A stretch of 64,000 nt of DNA from Mobula hypostoma (GCF_963921235.1 NC_086097.1:168580001-168644000); one strand, 5' to 3'. Numbered from the stretch's first letter, positions 48,390 through 62,411 are shown. Numbers and translations: made by a program. Notes: generated by a model not told the origin, from the sequence alone.

Positions 48390-49920
48390 TACTGAGTGAT
48401 TTGAGCCCGCTGGGGAAAAGAGTTGAAAATAAGACAGATGGAGTTCAAAGCAGACAAGTGTGAGGTGTTGCACTTCTGGCAGGACAAACCAGGGTAGGAC
48501 TTATAGTGAAGTAGGACACTGGAGTGTGTGGTAGAATGAAGGGACCTGGGAATACAGTTTCATGATTTCTTGAAAGTGGTATCACAGGTAGATAGGCTTC
48601 TAAAGAGAGCTTTTCGCACTCTGGCCTTCATAAATCAAGGCATTAAGCTGGATTCTTACATTGAAGTTGTATAAGATGCTCTGGTAAGATGGCAGCATGC
48701 TCAGATGCAGCAGCTTCTAAGTGGACAGCCAAAGGTGTTATTGCTTTCTTTAGACTTTTTTTTATGATTGTAAGACCCTGCTGGACATTAAGAACTTCAA
48801 ATACTGCAGGTATGCCCCATCAGCGAGTTGCTCACTGGCAGAGAAACCATAGGAGCTGGACTTGGTGCGGACCGTCAGGTTGCCTGGAACAGAGAGGTGT
48901 TGGAACACAAGGGAGGTTTGCAGTCTAACAGCGAGTGATTGCCTAAGTCGCTTTTCTTGTGATTCCAAGACCCTGTTGGACATTAGTGGTGCAGAACACT
49001 GCAAACCCAATTCACTGGTTTATTGGCGGCCGGCAGGGGAGCTGTGTGACCTCAGCTGCAGCAAAGTCCAGGCCTCAAGCCACCATGTTGCCTAGTTTCA
49101 GCTGCCCAGGGGCAGGCGTCTGCAAAGACTAGAGTCAGTGCTGCCACCCCAACCACGACCCCCTCCCCTACCAGTGTTCACTCAGAAGACAAAACTATAT
49201 TGTTTAATTGCAGACTGCTCCAACATTCATAGACTCGGGGACTAGGACTATATTTTTTTGTGTGATTGTATTTTACTGAAATCTTATATGTGCTATATGT
49301 GCCTTGCTCTGTGTATAACTGTTGGATTGTGTTTTGCAGTACTCCAGCATGGCTCCAGAGTAACACTATTTTGTATGGCTGGATTTATATTTGGTTGGCA
49401 CTGGTGGGGCCGAATTTAGTGCAATTCTGGTCACCTACCAACAGGAAAGATATCAACCTTCAAGAGTGAAAAGAAATGGCTGTTACTAAAACTTGAGGAC
49501 ATCAGTGACAGGGAAAGATTGAATAGGTTAGGACTTTATTCTCTGCAGTGCAGGAGAATGAGCGGGTATCTTATAGATGCATACAAAATTAGGAAGAGTA
49601 TGGATAGGGTGACTGCTTGCAGGCTTTCTCTGCTCAAGCTGGATGAGAATAGAGCTGATAGATTTGGGTGAAAGGTGAAATATTTAAGGGGAGTCTGGAA
49701 GGAAACTTCTTCACTCAGAGGGTGGTGGGAGTATGGAGTGAGCTGCCAGCAGAAGTGGTAGATGTAGCTTCAATTGTAACATTTCAGAGAAGTTTGGGTA
49801 GGTACGTGGATGGAAGAGATATGGAAGACTATGGTCCAGGTTCAGGTATTTGGAACCAAACCAGCACAAACTAGATGAGCTGAAGAGCCTGTTTCTATGC
49901 TGTAGTGTTCTGTGATTCTA
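48390..49920 (+). mobile_element. CR1 3' relic interrupted by an AAGATGGC-headed non-autonomous element (about 48686-49399)
   Basis: KCEVLH-like and GNFFTQRVVGVWSELP remnants. The CR1 resumes at ctggtggggccgaatttag. Confidence 0.75.
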
Positions 49921-50089
49921 TAACTTGCATCTTGTGTCGTTAAGCAACCCCATTTGCTTCATGGCTGATTATACACAGAACTTGTAACAGTGACGTACAG
50001 GAATGGGCCATTTCAGCCCACAATGTCAGTGCCAAGCATGATCCCAAATTAAACTACACCTCTTTTGCCTGTACATGATCTAACAAATA

Positions 50090-50607
50090 CACTCAAAAAC
50101 TCCTATAGTTGTACCGTGGAGAGCATTCTGACAGGCTGCATCACTGTCTCGTATGGAGGGGCTACTGCACAGGACCGAAAGAAGCTGCAGAGGGTTGTAA
50201 ACTTAGTCGGCTCCATATTGAATACGAGCCTATAAAGTACCCAGGACATCTTCAAGTAGCAGTGTCTCAGAAGGCAGCGTCCATTATTAAAGACCTCCAG
50301 CATCCAGGGCATGCCCTTTTCTCACTGTTACCATCAGGGAGGAGATACAGAAGCCTGAAGGCACACACTCAGTGATTCATGAACAGCTTCTTCCCCTCTG
50401 CCATCTGATTTCTTAAAGGACATTGAACCCTTGGACACTATCTCACTTGTTTTTCTGTTTTTGCACATTTTTAATCTATTCAATATATGTATACCATAAT
50501 TGATTTACTTATTTTTTTTCTCTTCCATATTACGTATTGCATTGAACTGCTGCTGCTGTTAACAAATTTCACGTCACATGCCGGTGATAATAAACCTGAT
50601 TCTGATT
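50090..50607 (+). mobile_element. Rex1/Babar-type 3' fragment
   Basis: KAASIIKDLQHPGHALFSLLPSGRRYRSLK. Tail aataaacctgattctgattc. Confidence 0.8.
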
Positions 50608-52767
50608 CCGATATCCTTCCATTCTCCATAAACTCACGTGCCCACCTAACATATTCTGTGACCGTGACAGTGCAGGAGCGAGGGTATGGGCCAAATCTGT
50701 GCCAGACACAGCAACAGCCAGAGCAGCTTGTGGCCCTGTAGACCATGAGTTTTGTACAAGGTGTGGTGTCTCATCTTCAAACACCCTCTTCCACAATCAG
50801 CCAAAGTCTGTGCTGGTGTATCAAAGGTGATAGTTCACTTCATTACTGATGCCTGCCTTCACCAAGTGGTGGCTCCCAAGATATAAGAATGAATCAAGTG
50901 TTTGACCCTGACTGGCAGATGATAATGTTGACAGAAAACCCAGGTCTTGTTGATGCACAGACACAAGGCTAATGGCCTATAAACATACTTCATACGTGGT
51001 GTGCTGACACCACGCAGGGCACAAAGAATCACAGGCCCCAGGATCCATCAGGGAGGTTGAAAGATTTGCACAGGAAGCCAGTGTTCAGGGTTGTATTCCT
51101 GGATTTGATAATTACTGCTGGAACCAAGGGGTGATAGGGGAGGTGAGGGAGCTGAGATCAGTAGGGGTTGGGATAATACTGTTCCACAGGAAGAGTACAC
51201 CACAGAGGGCTCCCCAACTAATTTCTACCTTTCCCCAGTGATGCCAAAGATGGGCTTGGCCACATTCCTATGCAATGTTTTATTCATGGAGTCAAACAAC
51301 ATAGACAGGGCTCCCCACACTCTTCCCAGTTTTTACCAATGCACCATAAAAAGCATCCTGTCTGGAATCATCACAGCTTGGCATGGCAACTGCTCTACCC
51401 AACGCCACAAGAATTTGCAGGGATTTGTGAACACAGCCCAATCTGTCAGGAAAACAAGCTATCCCTCCATTAACTCCACCTACACTTCCCGTTGCCTTGG
51501 GAAAGCTGCCATTGTAATCGAGGAACCCCCTCCCCCATCCCAGCCTCTCCCAATTATACAAAAGCTTGACAGCATGTCGAGGGCTTTTTCTATCCCAGCT
51601 ATGAGATTCTTGTACGGGCCTCTCGTATGTTAAACTCTCAACCTCCCAACCTACCTTGTCTTACTCCCTGCATCTTATTTGTCTACCTACACGCCACTTT
51701 CTCTGCAATGCAATATTATATTTTGTACTATAATAGTATAAAGTCACAAAATAAGCAGCCCTGGTTGAAACCAGTTTAACTCAATGTTACTTTTCACTGG
51801 TGAGGTTCTACCCTGCCATACTTCCTTCTCCTTTAATATAAAGCCTGTTGTAAACTAAATCACCTGACCGAACATAGGATCACTTAAAGGGTGAGAGCAT
51901 GGGGAGAGTGACCAAGCCAAGACTGAGCACTCTTAGAAGTTACTTTGGCTTTTGAAGACAAATCATGCAAACTTTAAACCAAAATGGTATTTGCATCCGT
52001 TTCCCCAGCTTGTTCTGTTGACTCTGGTATGAATAAGGCACAACCTATCCCCGTGACCTCAGATGTACTTGAAATTCAGCTGGTTTATTCTTCCAAACAC
52101 TGGGATGTAATGCACACAAAATCCTGCTTGGAGTGAGGAGTGAGGGCAAGCTTCTTTAGAGAGAATGCAGAAAAGATTCAAAAGGATATTGCCGGGACTG
52201 GATGACTTCAGCAGACTGGGACGGTTGCCTACAGCAAAGGAGACCAAGGAGTGACCTCAGAGGTTTATAAAATCATAAAGAGTACAAATAAAGTGTATCA
52301 TCATAGTCTTACTTCCAGAATCTCCTGTAAATCTAATCTCCTAATTTTAGGGTAAGTAGGGAAATATTTAGAATGGGTCCAAAGGGCAACATTGTCCAAG
52401 GTGATGAGTATGTGAAACAACCTGCAAGAGGAAGTCGTAGAGGTGGTTACAATTGAGATGTTTAAAATACATTTAAGCAGGTTAACAGAGAGGTTTAGAG
52501 GGATATAGGTCGTATGCAAGCAAACAAAACTAGCACAAGGTGGCACTAGGGTTAGCATTGATGAGTTGGGCTGAAAGGCCTGTTTCAGTGCTATATTACC
52601 CAATAACAAGTTGGCCAAAGACTGGACACAGGACCAAAAAGAGAAAACAAGTCATTTAAAAGATCCGATATCAGGAGATCACTGGGCACAGGCTGAACAG
52701 AAGACAGCTTTAAAAACTTGAGGTTATAATGGTAAGAGCAGCTCAAGATGCTGCTTGAAAAACATAC

Positions 52768-52779
52768 CTGCTCAAAACA
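52768..52779 (-). CDS. Candidate 12-nt Spire microexon TGTTTTGAGCAG (CFEQ)
   Basis: Strong acceptor ttttctctttttgtttttacag and donor CAG|gtatgt are 12 nt apart. Frame-preserving and upstream of the VIES exon. Confidence 0.4.
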
Positions 52780-53394
52780 CTGTAAAAACAAAAAGAGAAA
52801 ATTCAGTAGAGTTTCCAGCATTTCCATTTTGTAAAATATCATCTTAGACTACTTTATCTAATTTTATCTGTCTAAGTTTGGCCTGCCAGGCTGATCTCTA
52901 GTTTTCAATTAACAATACATTATATGAAGCTAAAAGCTAGTAACTACCAACAAGTCAGTTCAACTCGTCCTATCACAGACATTCCATTTGTTCTACACAT
53001 CACTCCCTCACCTTCTACCTTACTGAAAACTACCTTGCTTCATATCTTCAAGGTCACAAACCCAAAACTTTAACTGACCAGCTCCTTCTGTTTTTACTTC
53101 AGATTTCCAGCATCAGCATTTTGGTGGGGAAGGGGGGGTTGATTTCATGCCTAACACACAATACTAGGACTAATTGATAATTAACTAAAGTAAAAATCAC
53201 CTTCCAAAACCCCAAGGGTTTGGTGCTCAAGCTCTGGTTAGGAATAATTCTTCTCAGTGGATATGATATGTAGCTACAGTAAATGATGTGTAAGCAAAAT
53301 TTGGCTTAAGGTATTCTTCATAATCTTCAATAAGTCCTTTAGCCTCTTCAGCTGGTCACTATCATGGAGGTTGTTAACTGAAGCACTAAATTTT

Positions 53395-53570
53395 CGAGAT
53401 ATAGCACGGTAACAGGCCCTTTGGGCCCAATGAGCCCGTGTCACCCAGTTATACCATGTGACCAATTAACCTACTATCCTGTATGTCTTTGGAATGTGGG
53501 AGGAAACCGGAGCAGCCAGAGAAAACCCACTCGGTCACAGGGGAACGTGCAAACTCCTTACAGACAGCAG
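53395..53570 (-). mobile_element. V-SINE-type SINE, truncated
   Basis: tgtgggaggaaaccggagcagccagagaaaacccac core. Confidence 0.72.
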
Positions 53571-53924
53571 CTGTTCAATTTCACACTGATCACTAAACTG
53601 CATTGATAATAGGATTAATTGTTAATCAGAATCTTTGCAGATCCACAAGAACTAAGATGATAAGAGGCATAGATAGAGTGGACAACCGGTGCTTTTTTTT
53701 TCCATGGGCAAGAATAACTAAAACCAGAGGACATTCTTTCAAAGTGAGTGGAAGAAAGTTTAGAAGAGATGTCAGAGGTAGGCTTTATTAAACTGTGTGG
53801 CAGACGCTTGGGAAGAACTTTCAGGGGTGGTGGTAGAGGCTGATACACAAGTTCAAAGTTCAAAATAAATTTATTATCAGGTTTATTATCACTGACATAC
53901 ATCTGACATCACTGACAGCTGCTG

Positions 53925-55220
53925 ATTTGAAAAGACATAAGGTGGAGGTGTGTGTTTCATGATAAACTTTCAGTGGTGTTGCGGTGTGGTGGCTTTGTCA
54001 GTCTTGTGTTCCCCCCACCTTGAACACTTAACAGTCACAAGCCATCTATCCTATTTACCAAGGGAGGTTTCCTCCGTGATCCTGACCACAGTTTACATAC
54101 CATCAGTGACAGACTATGATCAAGCGCTTTGAGATACTGCATAATGCAGAAACTAAACAAGAAACAATCCACCTCGACACATTTCATATCACAGGCAGGG
54201 ATTTCAATCAGACTTGTTTGAAGAAACCCCTTCCCAATTACCATCAGCATATAACCTGTAATACACTAGATCACCGCTATACCAAGATAAGGAATGCCTA
54301 CCAATCCATGCTCAGATTGCACTTTCGGAAATCTAATCACTTGGCTGTCCTTCTCTACCTGCATACAGGCAAGGCTCCAGTCATTAGGACAAAGAGATGG
54401 TCTCAGGAGGTAGAGTAGAGGCTACAGGGTTATTTTGAGTTGATGGATAGGGGTGTGATCGAGCACTCATCTGTGGATCTCAGTGAATAAACCACAGTTG
54501 TCACAGACTTTATATAAACAGTTGTAGATGAATGTGTCCCCATAAAATCGTTTGGAGTCTTCCCCAACCAGAAACTCTGGATGAACCATGAGATCCACAA
54601 TCTGCTGAGGGCCAGGTCAGAGGCAGTCAAATCTGGTGACCAAGTAAGTTACAAGAGGTCCAGCTAAGATCTCTGGAAAGCCATGTCATGGGTAAAGTTG
54701 CAATTCTGGACTAAAGTTGAATCAATGAAGGATGCTTGACAGTTGTGGCAGGGCTCGAGTATATCACCTCTTACAAAGTAAAATCAAGCAACAAAGGCAA
54801 CAATGGGGCTTTGCTTCCAGATGAACTTCTGCTCGTTTTGACCATCAAAACACGGAGGAACCAACACGAACTCCCACAGCCCCCAATGATCCTGTGATTT
54901 CAATTTTTAGGGCCGATGTGTTAGCCACCTTCAGGAGAGTGAACCCACAGAGAGCATCCAGACCCGATGGGGTACCTGGCCGAGTACTAAAGCCACTTAT
55001 GGACTCACTTTCAAGGAATCTTCATCTCATGTTCTCTATATTTATTATTATTACCAATATTTCTTTCTTTTTGTATTTGCTCAGTTTGTTGTCCTTTGCA
55101 AACTGGTTGTCCAACATTGATTGTTTTTCATTGACTGTATTGTGGTTACCGGATTTATTGAGTATGCCTACAAGAAGGTGAATCTCAGCATTGTAAATGA
55201 TGACATACATGTGATTTGAG
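53925..55220 (+). mobile_element. Decayed Rex1/Babar-type LINE (endonuclease region)
   Basis: GRDFNQ, HQHITC.TLDH, FPNQKLWMN, SRPDGVPGRVLK remnants. Confidence 0.75.
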
Positions 55221-55639
55221 AATAAAATTTACTTTGAATTTTATCATGAAATTTGGCATTTTGAGGCAGTACAGTACACGACTTAAAAATGACTATAATT
55301 TACAAAATATATATATATATATATAAACAGTCCAAGAGAGGAATGTTGAGGTAGTGTTCGTGCACCATTCAAACATCTGATGGCAGAGGGGAAGAAGTTA
55401 GTCCTAAAACATTGAGTGCGGGTCTTCGAGCTCTGGCATCTCCTCCCTGATGGTGATAATGAGGAGAAGGTAAGTCCTAGGTGGTGTAGGTTGTGGGAGT
55501 GTGAAAGCACATGTCAGCAGGCTCTTGCTTCTTCCCCACTGCTGTCAGTCTTCTGACCCTCTCATCTCTTTCACATCCCCTGCCCACTGGTACTGTAGTG
55601 TAATCGAACAGCACCACATTGAGATACAGTACAATGTTT

Positions 55640-56275
55640 AACTTAGCAACACAGATCAAGCAAGTGTTGAAAGTGGAGTATGGCATGCTCGCCTTTGTCA
55701 GCTGAAGCACCAAGTACCAGAGCAGTACAGGAGTCCAGGGGCCTTGGTTCAGTCGCCTCCATTAATGGTTGGACCACAAATGGAATATTGCATGGAGTTC
55801 TTGTAGGAAGGATGTCATCAAATGAAGAGTCACGGTGCAGGAAAGATTCACAAGGATGTTGCCAAGACTGAAGGGCTTCAGTTATAAGGAGAGACTGGAA
55901 TGTTTGGGACCATTTTCCCAGGCGTGAAAGAAGCTGAAGGGAGACTTTATAGGGGTTTATAAAATCATGAGGGGCATAGATAGGGTAGATTGTCACAGTA
56001 TTGTTCCCAGGGTTGGGGAGACTAAAACTCAAAGGCATAGGTTTGAAGCAAGAGGGGAAAGTTGAAGGGAATATAAGAGGCTCAAATTTCTCCATACAGG
56101 TGGTAGTGGAAACGTGGACCGTTGCCAGAGAAGTGGTTGAGGCAGGTACAATTACACCATTTTAAAGGGATTTGGACAGATATATGGATAGGTAAGGTTT
56201 AGTGGAAATATGGGCAAAACAGTCTGATTCTGAATCTGGTCGATGCACTGGGCCAAATGGCCTGTTTCCATATTG
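55640..56275 (+). mobile_element. Decayed CR1 3' fragment
   Basis: gggagactttataggggtttataaaatcatgaggggcatagatagggt and a CR1 3' UTR. Confidence 0.75.
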
Positions 56276-57261
56276 TATCATTTAATGTAAACGAATGGAA
56301 ATCCCCCTTTCCCTGTTCATACAGCTGTGTAGTCAGGCTCCAAGGGTGACTGCTGACTGTTGCAGGGAATTCCATGAATCCTGGCACTTGGGAAAACAAT
56401 GACAGCTCGACAAAAGTCTTACTCATTGATTTCCTCCTTTAGGGAAGACATAAAACATTTATTTAACCTCGTTAATGTGAAAAAGATTTATTAAAGGATA
56501 TTGGTGTGAGTAGATTTGCTCAGGCAGTATTGTCTGCAGGGCCGGAGAGAGCATTCCATTCATTAAGAATGAAGCAAACACTGTCTTCAGCTCTCTACAG
56601 GAGGTCACCCTGTTCCACCGTAGCTCTGGGCAAAATGAGATGCCACACAGAATTACATCAAATTAACAGAAGCAAAACAGGTCAGCTGTCTGAATTGTTC
56701 TGCCTCCTCTATGCCGGTGCATCTATTAATTTCTTTCTCCCCATCCAATTTCTCCAGAGATCCATCCATTATATTCATGCACTGAGTAGTTATACATGCA
56801 TGAATAGCAATAACCCACTGCAAGAGCTCAGCAGGTCGAGCAGCATCTGTGAGACTTCCAGCAGATTGATTGTTGCTCCAGACTCCAGGAACTACAGTCC
56901 TGTGCATCTCCCTCTGTGTGAAGAGGCTTTCCCTCCAAGTTCCCCCACCACAAAAAGCATCCTATCCAGCACATCACAGAAACAAGCCTCCCCTCTGTGG
57001 ACTCTGTACACTTTTTAGCGCCTTAATAAAGCAGCCAGCATAATTAAAGACCCCACCACAGACATTCTCTCATCTCCCCTTTCCCAACAAGCACAAGATA
57101 CAAAAGGATAAGAAAATGTATCCATAGGCCCAAAAACTGCTTCTATCCCACTGTCATCAGACGCTCGAATGGACTGCTTTATGATAAGATGGACTCTTGA
57201 CCTCATAGTCTACCTCGTTATGATCTTGCACTTTATAGTTTATCGGCACTGAACTTTCTCT

Positions 57262-57660
57262 CACAGCACACACAAAATACTAAGGGAACTCAGCAAGTCA
57301 GGCAGCATCCATGGAGAGGAATAAACAGACAATGTTTTGAGCCAAGACCCACCATTAGGACTGGAAATGAATAACACAGAGGCCAGAATAAGAAGATAGG
57401 AGGAGGGGGAAAGAGCACGCACTGTTAGGTTAAAGGTGAGATCAGGTGAGGGGGAACATGGGCGGGTGGGAGCATAGGTAGAGGAGATAAAGGGCTGAAG
57501 AAAGAAAACAGTGGACCATTTAAGGAAGGGAAGCAGGAGGGGAACAAGAGGGAGGTGATGAACACCTGAGAAGAGAGGATTAAGAGAGTAACCAGAATGA
57601 GGTATGGAAAAAAGAGTGAGGGAGGGAGGGAGGAAATGAACAGAAACTGGAGAACCTGAA
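57262..57660 (-). mobile_element. Penelope-like 3' relic
   Basis: cacacaaaatactaagggaactcagcaagtcaggcagcatc terminus, decayed hammerhead at about 57326-57363, purine-rich body. Confidence 0.65.
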
Positions 57661-60600
57661 GTGATTTGCTGCACTTTGTCGTTAGCTTTTACACGTTATT
57701 CTGCATAGTTATTGTTTTACCTTGTTTTGTTCAATGCCCTGTATAACTTGATCTGTATGAACAGTGCGCAAACAAACATTTCACTGTATTTTGGTACATG
57801 ACAATAATAAGCCAATGACAATACTGGAATTGAACTCAAAGCCTCTTCTATCAGTGGCTATTTGCCCTACCTAATCAGCTATTCAACACATCACTCCTCA
57901 GCCCTGGCCTACGGGAGTGGCTCTTCCAAAGGTCTGATTGTATCATTTCAACTGAACTACTTCCCTTCCCCAAACCCCAGAACACTCACTTAGCTCTGCA
58001 CAGGATATGAATCTGATGACATTGGAGCAAATGTTGCCAGTGTTGGAGAAGGCTGGTGAGGAGGACAGACTGGGTGGACTGAGGTTGTCTGCAGAACAGT
58101 TTATGAAGGGGAGAGGTAATTAGTGAATGCAACTATGAGGTCAATAGGAAGATGCTTCTCTTTAAAACATGGCAGCAATATCCGGGAAAAGAATTAATTA
58201 CTGAAAGGAATGAAGAAGTGCAAAGAAAATCATTTCTCACCAAATGATTCCACCTCCTCTATCTCAAGGCTGTGAATTTAAAAAGATACTGGAAAAGTTT
58301 TTGAGGTGTGACAGGTGCATTAGATCAAGAAATGAGAAGGTTTTCTTGCTGCTACAATCAAGAGGGAGCCAGAAGAGCCTGAAATCTCACACAACCAGGG
58401 TCAGGAACAGCTACTTCCCTTCAACTGTTCAGTTCTCAAATGAACTTGCACAACCCTTTTCACTACCTCTGTATAGTAACACGATTGATCACTTTGCACT
58501 AAAAATGGACCGTTCAGAAATCAGAAATCAGATAGCAGAGAGGAAAGATGTTCCTAAAACATTGAGTGTGTGTCTTCAGGCTCCTGTACCTCCTCCCTGG
58601 TGGTAGTAAAGAGAGGAGGGCATGTCCCAGATGGTGAGGGTCTTTAATGATGGATGCCACTTTCTTGTGAGACACTGCCTTTGGAAGATGTGCTCATTGG
58701 TGAGGAGGGCTGTGCCCATGATGGACCGACTGAGTCTACAACCCTCTGCAGTCTCTTTCGAACCTGTGCAGTGGAGCTTCCACGACAGCAACGTAGGTCA
58801 TCCTCCCCACATCCTCATCCACCCGTCCCAGATTCTTCCACTCACCAGTACCCGAGAAGCAATTTACAGTGGGCAATTAACGCGCCAACCTGCCCATTTT
58901 TGGGAAATGGGTGGAAACCAGAGCGACCAGAGGAAAAAAAATCGATGTGGTATCAGGTAAAATATAACCTCCACACACACACATGCACACGCACGATCAG
59001 GACTGAACTGGTTGCTGCGATCTGAGACAACAACTCTCTACTGGCTCTGCCACAGTGTCCTCCCATGTTCTTCAAAACTGGATTAGTATTACTTGTGTCT
59101 GATTATACAGGTCCGAAGTGCAATGCTGTGCTGGAACAACATTGCACATTGGACCTGAATAATCAAACTGTATAGAAGCTCAGGACAGCTCAACTTTGCA
59201 ATTGCAAGGGATAAGAAGCAAATCGTTGTAAATCACAAAACTACATTTTTTATTTGTGCATCAGTGTAACCATTGGTACAGCAGCATTTTATTGTCAACC
59301 CCAAATTAAAATGGCACTGAGGAAGCTGTAATGAACAAGGTTCAAAGTGCAAGGTAAATTTATTACCACAGTACATATAGGTCACCATATTCTACCTTGA
59401 GATTCCTTTTTTGCAGGCATTTACAGGAAAATAAAGAAATACAATTGAATTTATGAAAAACTATAACAAAAATAACTATAAAAAACTGCGAAAGACAAAT
59501 TGTGCAAACAGTGGAAAATGTTAATAAACAATACTGAGTTGTAGAGTGCTTTAGAGTGACTCATTAGACTATTAAGTAGGTTCAGCATTATCCACACTAG
59601 TCCAGGAGCTTGATGGTTGTAGGGTAATAACTGTTTCCGATCCTGGTGGTGTGGGCACTTCCTGCCCGCTGGTAGTAGCAAGAAGGGAGCATGGCCTGGA
59701 TGATGGAGGTCTTTGATGATGGATGCTGCCTTCTTGTGGCAGCGCTCCTTATAACTGTACTCAGCGATGGAGAGGGCTTTGCCTGTGATGGACTGGGCCG
59801 TATCCACCACTTCTTGTTGACTTTTCCATTTCTGTGCATTGGTGCTTCCGTATCAGGTCAAGGTGAAACCAGGCAGGATGCTTCCCACTGTGCATCTATA
59901 GAACTTTGTCTTTCATTGGACTTAAACAAATGTGCAATTGGCCAACCAAGTTCATTGTCAAACTAAACAATCTTGTTCCAGGCTTCTTTTGGTTAATTGA
60001 GACTCCCCAGTTACTGTGGTGGGATTCACAATTATATTTGTAGCTCACTAGTCCAAGTCTCTCTGCTCTTATAACCATTTAGTCAAGGAACTTCTAGATC
60101 TTCATTATTAGACCACAGCACGATAACTCCATAGATCACGCTCCTCAGTAATAAAATGTTCCAGTTATGTGTTCATACTCAGAAAGCCCTTTTGCTGTTT
60201 AAGCCTCCCAAGCTACCTTTCTCAAGTGATTAGTTAAAAAAAGTTTTCAAAACTACAAAAGGGACTAAACAGAGCACACCACTCTGCTTAGGGATCTAGA
60301 TTTACAGTCACTATTAATAGAACCAAATGGATATACGAAAAAAATTATTTTCATGCAGTTATGATTTGAAATGCACAGTCTGAAAGGGAGCTTTTAACAG
60401 ATAATTGGATCATGTGTACATTACAAAGCAGTGGGGAAAGAACAGCTTGTAGGCCAATCAGCCAAGGAGGGGTGAATGGTCTCCATTCAAGCCGGAACAT
60501 TTCTACGATTTGTCCTTCCCACCTAATATTCACTTCGCTCTCCCACCGCTCCACATCTCCAAGGTGGGGAGTTCCCTATTCAGCCAATTCTCCGGGTAAA

Positions 60601-60679
60601 GTGATTTTGTCCGCTTTCTTTATTGGACTTAATTGGTACTCTCCTGTAGGGGTTTATAGGGGATATGGGAGAAAACAAG

Positions 60680-61550
60680 AAATAAATTAGGTGGACCAAA
60701 ACAGGCCATAAAATCACTGTGGCAAGGAGGATTAATGAGAATCTAAAACCTTTTATAAGTATATTAGAAGTAAGAAAGTAGCTAGGGAACAAGAAGATTC
60801 CTTCTTAGGCCTCTGAAGGTATCCATGTGTAGAGCCAGGAAATACAAGCGAGATTATAAATAAATATTTCTCATCTGTTATTTGCCAGAGGAAGGGCATG
60901 GATGCTGGAGAGTTGAGAAAGGGAGAGGCTGATATTCTGGAGTATGACTGTATCAGGAAGGAGGAAATGCTAGGAATACTGGAGCACATTAGGGTGGATA
61001 AATATCCAAATCTACCGCAGGGAAACAAGGGAGGAGATTGCTGGGGTTCTGTAAGAGACTACTACATCATGGGTGAGGGACCAGAAGATTGGGGATTGAT
61101 AAAATCAAACTCTTGTTCAAAAGAGGGCAACAGGGATGAGCCTGGAAACTAGAGGCCCGTGCAACCTATATCAGTGGCACTCATAGAGAAGGTTCTGAGG
61201 GACAGGATTTATGCTCATTTGGAAAGCTGGGCAACGATTCGGAGGATACAGAATGGTTTTGTGCAGGAGGAATTGTATCTCAGAAATCTGATTGAATTGT
61301 TTTGAAGTGAATTGGATGACAGCAAAGCAGTAAATGTGGTTTATGAGAACTTCAAAAAGTTTTTTGACAAGGTCCTGCACAGTATGCACAAGAGATCCTC
61401 AGGACCCAATGAGGGTAGCAGTGAATACCATACTGCCTGCAAATCTGTAACAAGTGGTGAACGACAGGGATTAGTACTGGGGCCTTTGTTATTTGAAATA
61501 TAAATAAATGAGATGAGAATGTAAGAGGTCCGATTAGTGAGTTTGCACTA
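60680..61550 (+). mobile_element. Highly decayed CR1 ORF2 relic
   Basis: IRVDKYP, GPEDW, EPGN*RP, KAVNVVYENFKKFFDKVLH and QGLVLGPLLF remnants. Confidence 0.75.
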
Positions 61551-62411
61551 AAACCTCAGTCTCCTACATTCAAAGGAATAAAGACCTAAACTGCCCAGTC
61601 TCTCCCTAGAACTCAGGCCCTCAAGTCATCACTGAATCCCATTGCATGAACATTCATAGAAACATAGAAAATAGGTGCAGGAGTAGGCCATTCCTCCCTT
61701 CGAGCCTGCACCGCCATTCAGTATGATCATGGCTGATCATCGAACTCAGAACCCTGTACCTGCCTTCTCTCCATACCCCCGGATCACTTTAACCACAAGG
61801 GTCATATCTAACTCCCTCTTAAGTATAGCCAATGAACTGGCCTCAACTGTTTCCTGTGGCAGAGAATTCCACAGATTCACCACTCTCTGTGTGAAGAAGT
61901 TTTTCCTCATCTCGGTCCTAAAAGGCTTCCCCTTTATCCTTAAACTGTGACCCCTCGTTCTGGACTTCCCCAACATCGGGAACAGGCATCTAGCCTGTCC
62001 AATCCTTTTAGAATTTTACACGTTTCAATAAGATCCCCCCCTCAATCTTCTAAATTCCAGGGAGTATAAGCCTAGTCGATCCAGTCTTTCTTTATATGAA
62101 AGTCCTGCCATCCCAGGAATCAATCTGGTGAACCTTCTTTGTACTCCCTCTATGGCAAGGATGTCTTTCCTCAGATTAGGGGCCTAAAACCGAACACAAT
62201 ACTCCAGGTGTGGTTTCACCAAGGCCTTGTACAACTGCAGTAGTACCTCCCTGCTCCTGTACTCGAATCCTCTTGCTATGAATGCCAGCCTACCATTCGC
62301 CTTTTTTGCCACCTGCTGTACCTGCATGCCCACTTTCAATGACTGGTGTACAATGACACCCAGGTCTCGTTGCACCTCCCCTTTTCCTAATCGGCCACCA
62401 TTCAAATAATA

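Noticed and set aside
57990..58088. 99-nt minus-strand segment with ttctgcag acceptor and |gtgagt donor, as a possible Spire exon
   Set aside because: Ends in TAA in phase 0. The open frames show no Spire similarity and cannot join the phase-0 downstream exons directly.
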